DNA of 21,089 nucleotides from Mesotaenium endlicherianum (lineage: Eukaryota): the NCBI GenBank assembly GCA_009602735.1, contig WELA01002166.1:105891-126979 (forward strand), written 5' to 3'. Positions within the stretch are counted from its first letter, which is position 1. Every line of letters begins with the position of its first letter. The notes under the pieces were generated by a model. The model did no database searches, was not told the DNA's origin, and worked only from the letters and a program-made list of their open reading frames with translations. Made by a program: the position numbers and the translations under genes. Of the stretch, positions 18,569 to 21,089 are shown piece by piece.

Positions 18569-21069
18569 TTGTCACTTGCCAGGCAGTACAGTCAAGGCAC
18601 CCACAGGCGGGTCATGAACTCTACATCCGTCACCAGTGCAGGGAGGTCAGGTGACGCCGTCATTTGTCGCTCTTCCAGCCTTCAGTCAGTCAGTCAGTCA
18701 GTCAGACCCATTGTGCAGGCAGGAGGCCCAGAAATGAGAGGTTCTGTTGCTGGGTGACCCCCTCTATTCTTTGCTTTCTACACGCACTATAAGAGTAAAT
18801 CTACTGTTGCGCTAACCATCCCCCCCCGCCCCCCTACTCTTCTCCCCATAGGCATCGTCTCTGACTATTTCTCTCTCTTCTTCTGCTGCCTGCTCGCCCC
18901 CCTTGCGTTGTGCACCTGCCTCCTGTTGTGCGCGCGCATGCGCGTGTGCGTGCATGCTCATCTCCATGCATGCACTCGTGCTTGCGCTTGCATGCGTCCT
19001 TGCATAGGCGCGGGTGCCTGTGCGTGCATGTGCATGTGCGTGCGTGTGCCTGCACGTGCATGCTTGTGCGTGCGTGTTGTATGTGTGCGTGCATGTGTGC
19101 CTGTCCGTGCATGTGCATGTGTGTGCATCCGAGCGTGCATGCTTACATGCACGTGCGTGCGTGCTTACATGCACGTGCGTGCGTGCTTGTGAGGTGTGTG
19201 TGCGTGTGTGCCTGTGTGCGCATGTGAGTGCGTGTGCACGCACGCGTGCAGGCGTGCGGGCGTGCGAGCGTGTGTGCTTGCATGCACGTGCCAGCGCGCG
19301 TGTGCGTGCGCCCATGTGCATGTGTGTGTCCTTGCGCATGCGTGTGTGCGTGCTTGTGCATGCATGTCTGTGCGCGTGCGTGCGCTCACGTGCGTGCGTG
19401 CGTGCATGCGCGAGTGCGCGTGCAGGTGCGGGACGCACCAGACGGGAAACTTCTACAACTCCAAGCCCTTCACGGTGACGGACGGCATTGACGGTCTCGT
19501 GGGGCTGGGCACGGGCCCCTTCTCGCTGCCCTACCAGCTCAACGCCAAGTACAAGCGCCTGGGAGTCAGGTCCGGGGCTGCAAACCCTAACCCCGAAAAC
19601 CCAACTCTGAACCCTGCCTACACCCCCTAAGACTGAACCCATAAGCCAACTCTGAAGTCAAATCCTAACTTCAAACCCTGAAGCCAAGACCCTCGAACCC
19701 CAATTCTAAACCCAAAGCCTAACCCTAAACCTCGAAATCAGACCTCAAACCCTAAGGCCTAAACCTTGACTCTGAATGCAAAGCCCTGATTTCGGACCGT
19801 GAAGGCGGGAAATTCCCCTAGGCTGAGAATTCCAACCCTTGGGAGACTCTTGGCACCTGAGGCCCTCGCACCCATCCCCTCTGAAACATGCAAACTTTCT
19901 CCACTAGGTGGTCGTATATGCAAGACCCCCTTACTCTTTACCTCCCGCCTCAGGGTCACGCTCGCAAGCCCGACGCCTCCATGCACCGCACACCTTACAC
20001 CTGAGACCCTAAAACAAGGGGACCCTACTCGCTGAGTTCTCGAGTGCGTCACCACCGGGCAGATGTCCTCTTGGAAGTGATGGGTCCGAGATTCCACTTC
20101 TGCCACATGCGCCGCATCTCACGGTCAGAGCCCTTAATATCTGCACTCCCCAAGCCAAACTTCATCTGCAATTGCTGCCCCACCCAAAGGCTCGGCTTCC
20201 CTCGGCGCATCTCCAGACGGGAATGAGATGCCAGACCTTATCGCCCCTGGACACCCCCCCCCTACTCCCTGCACCCCCAATCTCTCTCCCCAGGCAGACG
20301 GCAGTGCGTGCAATCTTTTAGACGCCAAATTCCACATCCTGGGCGCTGACCGTGATGCTCGTGATACCCAAAAAGATAAGAAACAAAACTAAGCCCTAAC
20401 TTAGAGAGGCCGGCCCTGATGCTTGTATTTCCTTTTGCCCGGAGCTCTTCGGGGTCCCGGTTCCCTTGCCCCCTCGAGATAGCCCCCCTCCCTCCCTCCC
20501 CAGGGCCCAACTACCCCAAAGGAGACCTCCCTCCTCATACCCAGAGCGCTTGCCTGAGAGAGGTACATTCACCTTTTAACATGTGAAGACGAAACCCTAA
20601 ATGCCAACCTTCTTCACATTCGAGCCCTACCTTCGACTGGGAGCACTTCTTTGGCTCACTGTAGGCTGCTTGTAAGGGGGCTGACAGCTGGCGCCGGCGC
20701 AGGCCCTTGCTGTTCTGGTGCTGTGAGTGGCGCTGGTGCTGGTCATGGTGGAGGAGCCTGCTTCTGCTGCTGCTGCTGCTGCTGGTGGTGATGGTGGTGC
20801 TCGCAATGCTGATGTGCTGGTGCTGGTGCTACAGCTGGGACTGCTGTTGCTGGTACTGGCACTGGTGCTGGCGGTGCTGATGTGCTGGCGCTAACGTGGT
20901 GGTGGCGGTGATGTGATGGTGGGGGGGCGGGGGGGGGGGCTTTGGGTCTTCTGGGCTGCAGGAGCATCTTCACCGTCTGCCTGGCAGGGGAGAGGGGAGG
21001 GGGGTTCATCGCGTTCGGGGGGGCACTGGTCCCCTCCAGGGGGGTGCAATACTCTCCCCTCCCCCAAGG
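15190..21069 (+). CDS. Secreted pepsin-like (A1) aspartic protease, nucellin/APCB1-like, 3' partial
   Basis: Exons 15190-15318, 16034-16266, 17378-17504, 18078-18322, 19426-19569, 20962-21069 join in frame (phases 0,2,0,2,2). Signal peptide; PLFGKVYPNALYSMYIKVG; catalytic IDTGSDLTWIPC; CHYKYAYADGSTTAGVLIRDTV; LGCG..Q.G; DGLVGLG..SLPYQL; IFTVCLAGERGGGFIAFG. The second catalytic Asp lies beyond the window. Confidence 0.92.
15658..15901. repeat. Intronic (CTG/CTA) trinucleotide repeat
   Basis: ~240 bp of ctg with interspersed cta/ctgtt in protease intron 1. Confidence 0.92.
16034..16266 (+). CDS. Aspartic protease exon 2 (pro-region)
   Basis: tctgcag|GTG...AACGC|gtgagt; YYEHLADRDMAKH...PLFGKVYPN. 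Confidence 0.88.
16285..16610. repeat. AT-rich degenerate (TA/TG)n low-complexity island
   Basis: tatatat... tract, sharply lower GC than its flanks, in protease intron 2. Confidence 0.9.
17205..17370. repeat. (GT)n/(GC)n tract containing an identical 30-bp doublet
   Basis: 17251-17280 equals 17281-17310; the tract abuts the 17377 acceptor. Confidence 0.9.
17378..17504 (+). CDS. Aspartic protease exon 3 (first catalytic DTG)
   Basis: ctgcag|G...GTGAAG|gtgggg; LYSMYIKVGSRRHLFRVLIDTGSDLTWIPCSPCTHC. Confidence 0.93.
18078..18322 (+). CDS. Aspartic protease exon 4
   Basis: ccgcag|AAA...TTGGG|gtatgt; PCNSATC...CHYKYAYADGSTTAGVLIRDTVTL. Confidence 0.93.
18354..18437. repeat. (CT)n-GGCG minisatellite, five units of 12-16 bp
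   Basis: ctctctctctggcg repeated just downstream of the 18322 donor. Confidence 0.88.
18905..19425. repeat. ~520-bp alternating purine-pyrimidine tract
   Basis: gcgtgcatgcacgtgc...; includes a perfect 22-bp doublet 19141-19162/19163-19184; ends at the 19425 acceptor. Confidence 0.9.
19426..19569 (+). CDS. Aspartic protease exon 5
   Basis: gtgcag|G...GTCAG|gtccgg; CGTHQTGNF...DGIDGLVGLGTGPFSLPYQL. Confidence 0.92.
19581..19790. repeat. Degenerate plant telomere-like (CCCTAAA-related) array in an intron
   Basis: AAACCCTAA at 19582 and 19747, AACCCTAAAC at 19721, and many 6-7-bp variants (aaccctg, aatccta, aaccccg, aaacctc). Confidence 0.75.
20700..20920. repeat. Intronic (GCT/GGT) tri/hexanucleotide repeat
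   Basis: gctggt/gctgct/ggtggt runs ahead of protease exon 6. Confidence 0.85.
20962..21069 (+). CDS. Aspartic protease exon 6 (not in the ORF track)
   Basis: ctgcag|G AGC ATC TTC ACC GTC TGC...CAA GG|gtaagc; SIFTVCLAGERGGGFIAFGGALVPSRGVQYSPL matches the 'F.HCL...GGG.L.FG...P...+.+TP' segment of this family; phase 2 matches. Confidence 0.88.
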
Positions 21070-21089
21070 GTAAGCGCTGACTGCCCCCC

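Noticed and set aside
1..21089. A functionally linked novel gene cluster (PPR + F-box lectin + protease), or tRNA/rRNA genes or an intact transposon
   Set aside because: The three products are predicted for different compartments and come from common plant families, so adjacency alone is not evidence of a system. No tRNA, rRNA, transposase or RT signature was recognised by eye.

Overview
Eukaryotic, GC-rich, intron-rich draft genomic DNA with four N-gaps. The gene content (P-class PPR, F-box/PP2 lectin, nucellin/APCB1-type aspartic protease), plant-type CCCTAAA telomere-like tracts and microsatellite-filled introns point to a green plant-lineage genome, probably a streptophyte alga. That assignment is inference and the species cannot be named. 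Three genes can be rebuilt by hand with phase-consistent splice sites. (1) A + strand P-class PPR gene, exons 1941-2506, 3080-3255, 4048-4197, 5594-5785, 6451-6773, 7514-7583, 8795-9796, start exon uncertain, probably mitochondrion-targeted, needing one GC-AG intron. (2) A - strand F-box + phloem protein 2 (PP2) domain gene, 13871-12864, whose conserved domains lie in one exon. (3) A + strand secreted A1 aspartic protease, exons 15190-15318, 16034-16266, 17378-17504, 18078-18322, 19426-19569, 20962-21069, running off the right end. Most long ORFs in the track are artefacts of simple repeats. I did not find a convincing new multi-gene system. The best leads are unusual splice architecture (GC donor, acceptors preceded by G-runs or alternating GT/GC tracts, a duplicated acceptor), intronic telomere-like arrays, an unresolved PPR start (micro-exon vs TGATG-coupled uORF) and a PP2 protein with mixed A/B subfamily features.
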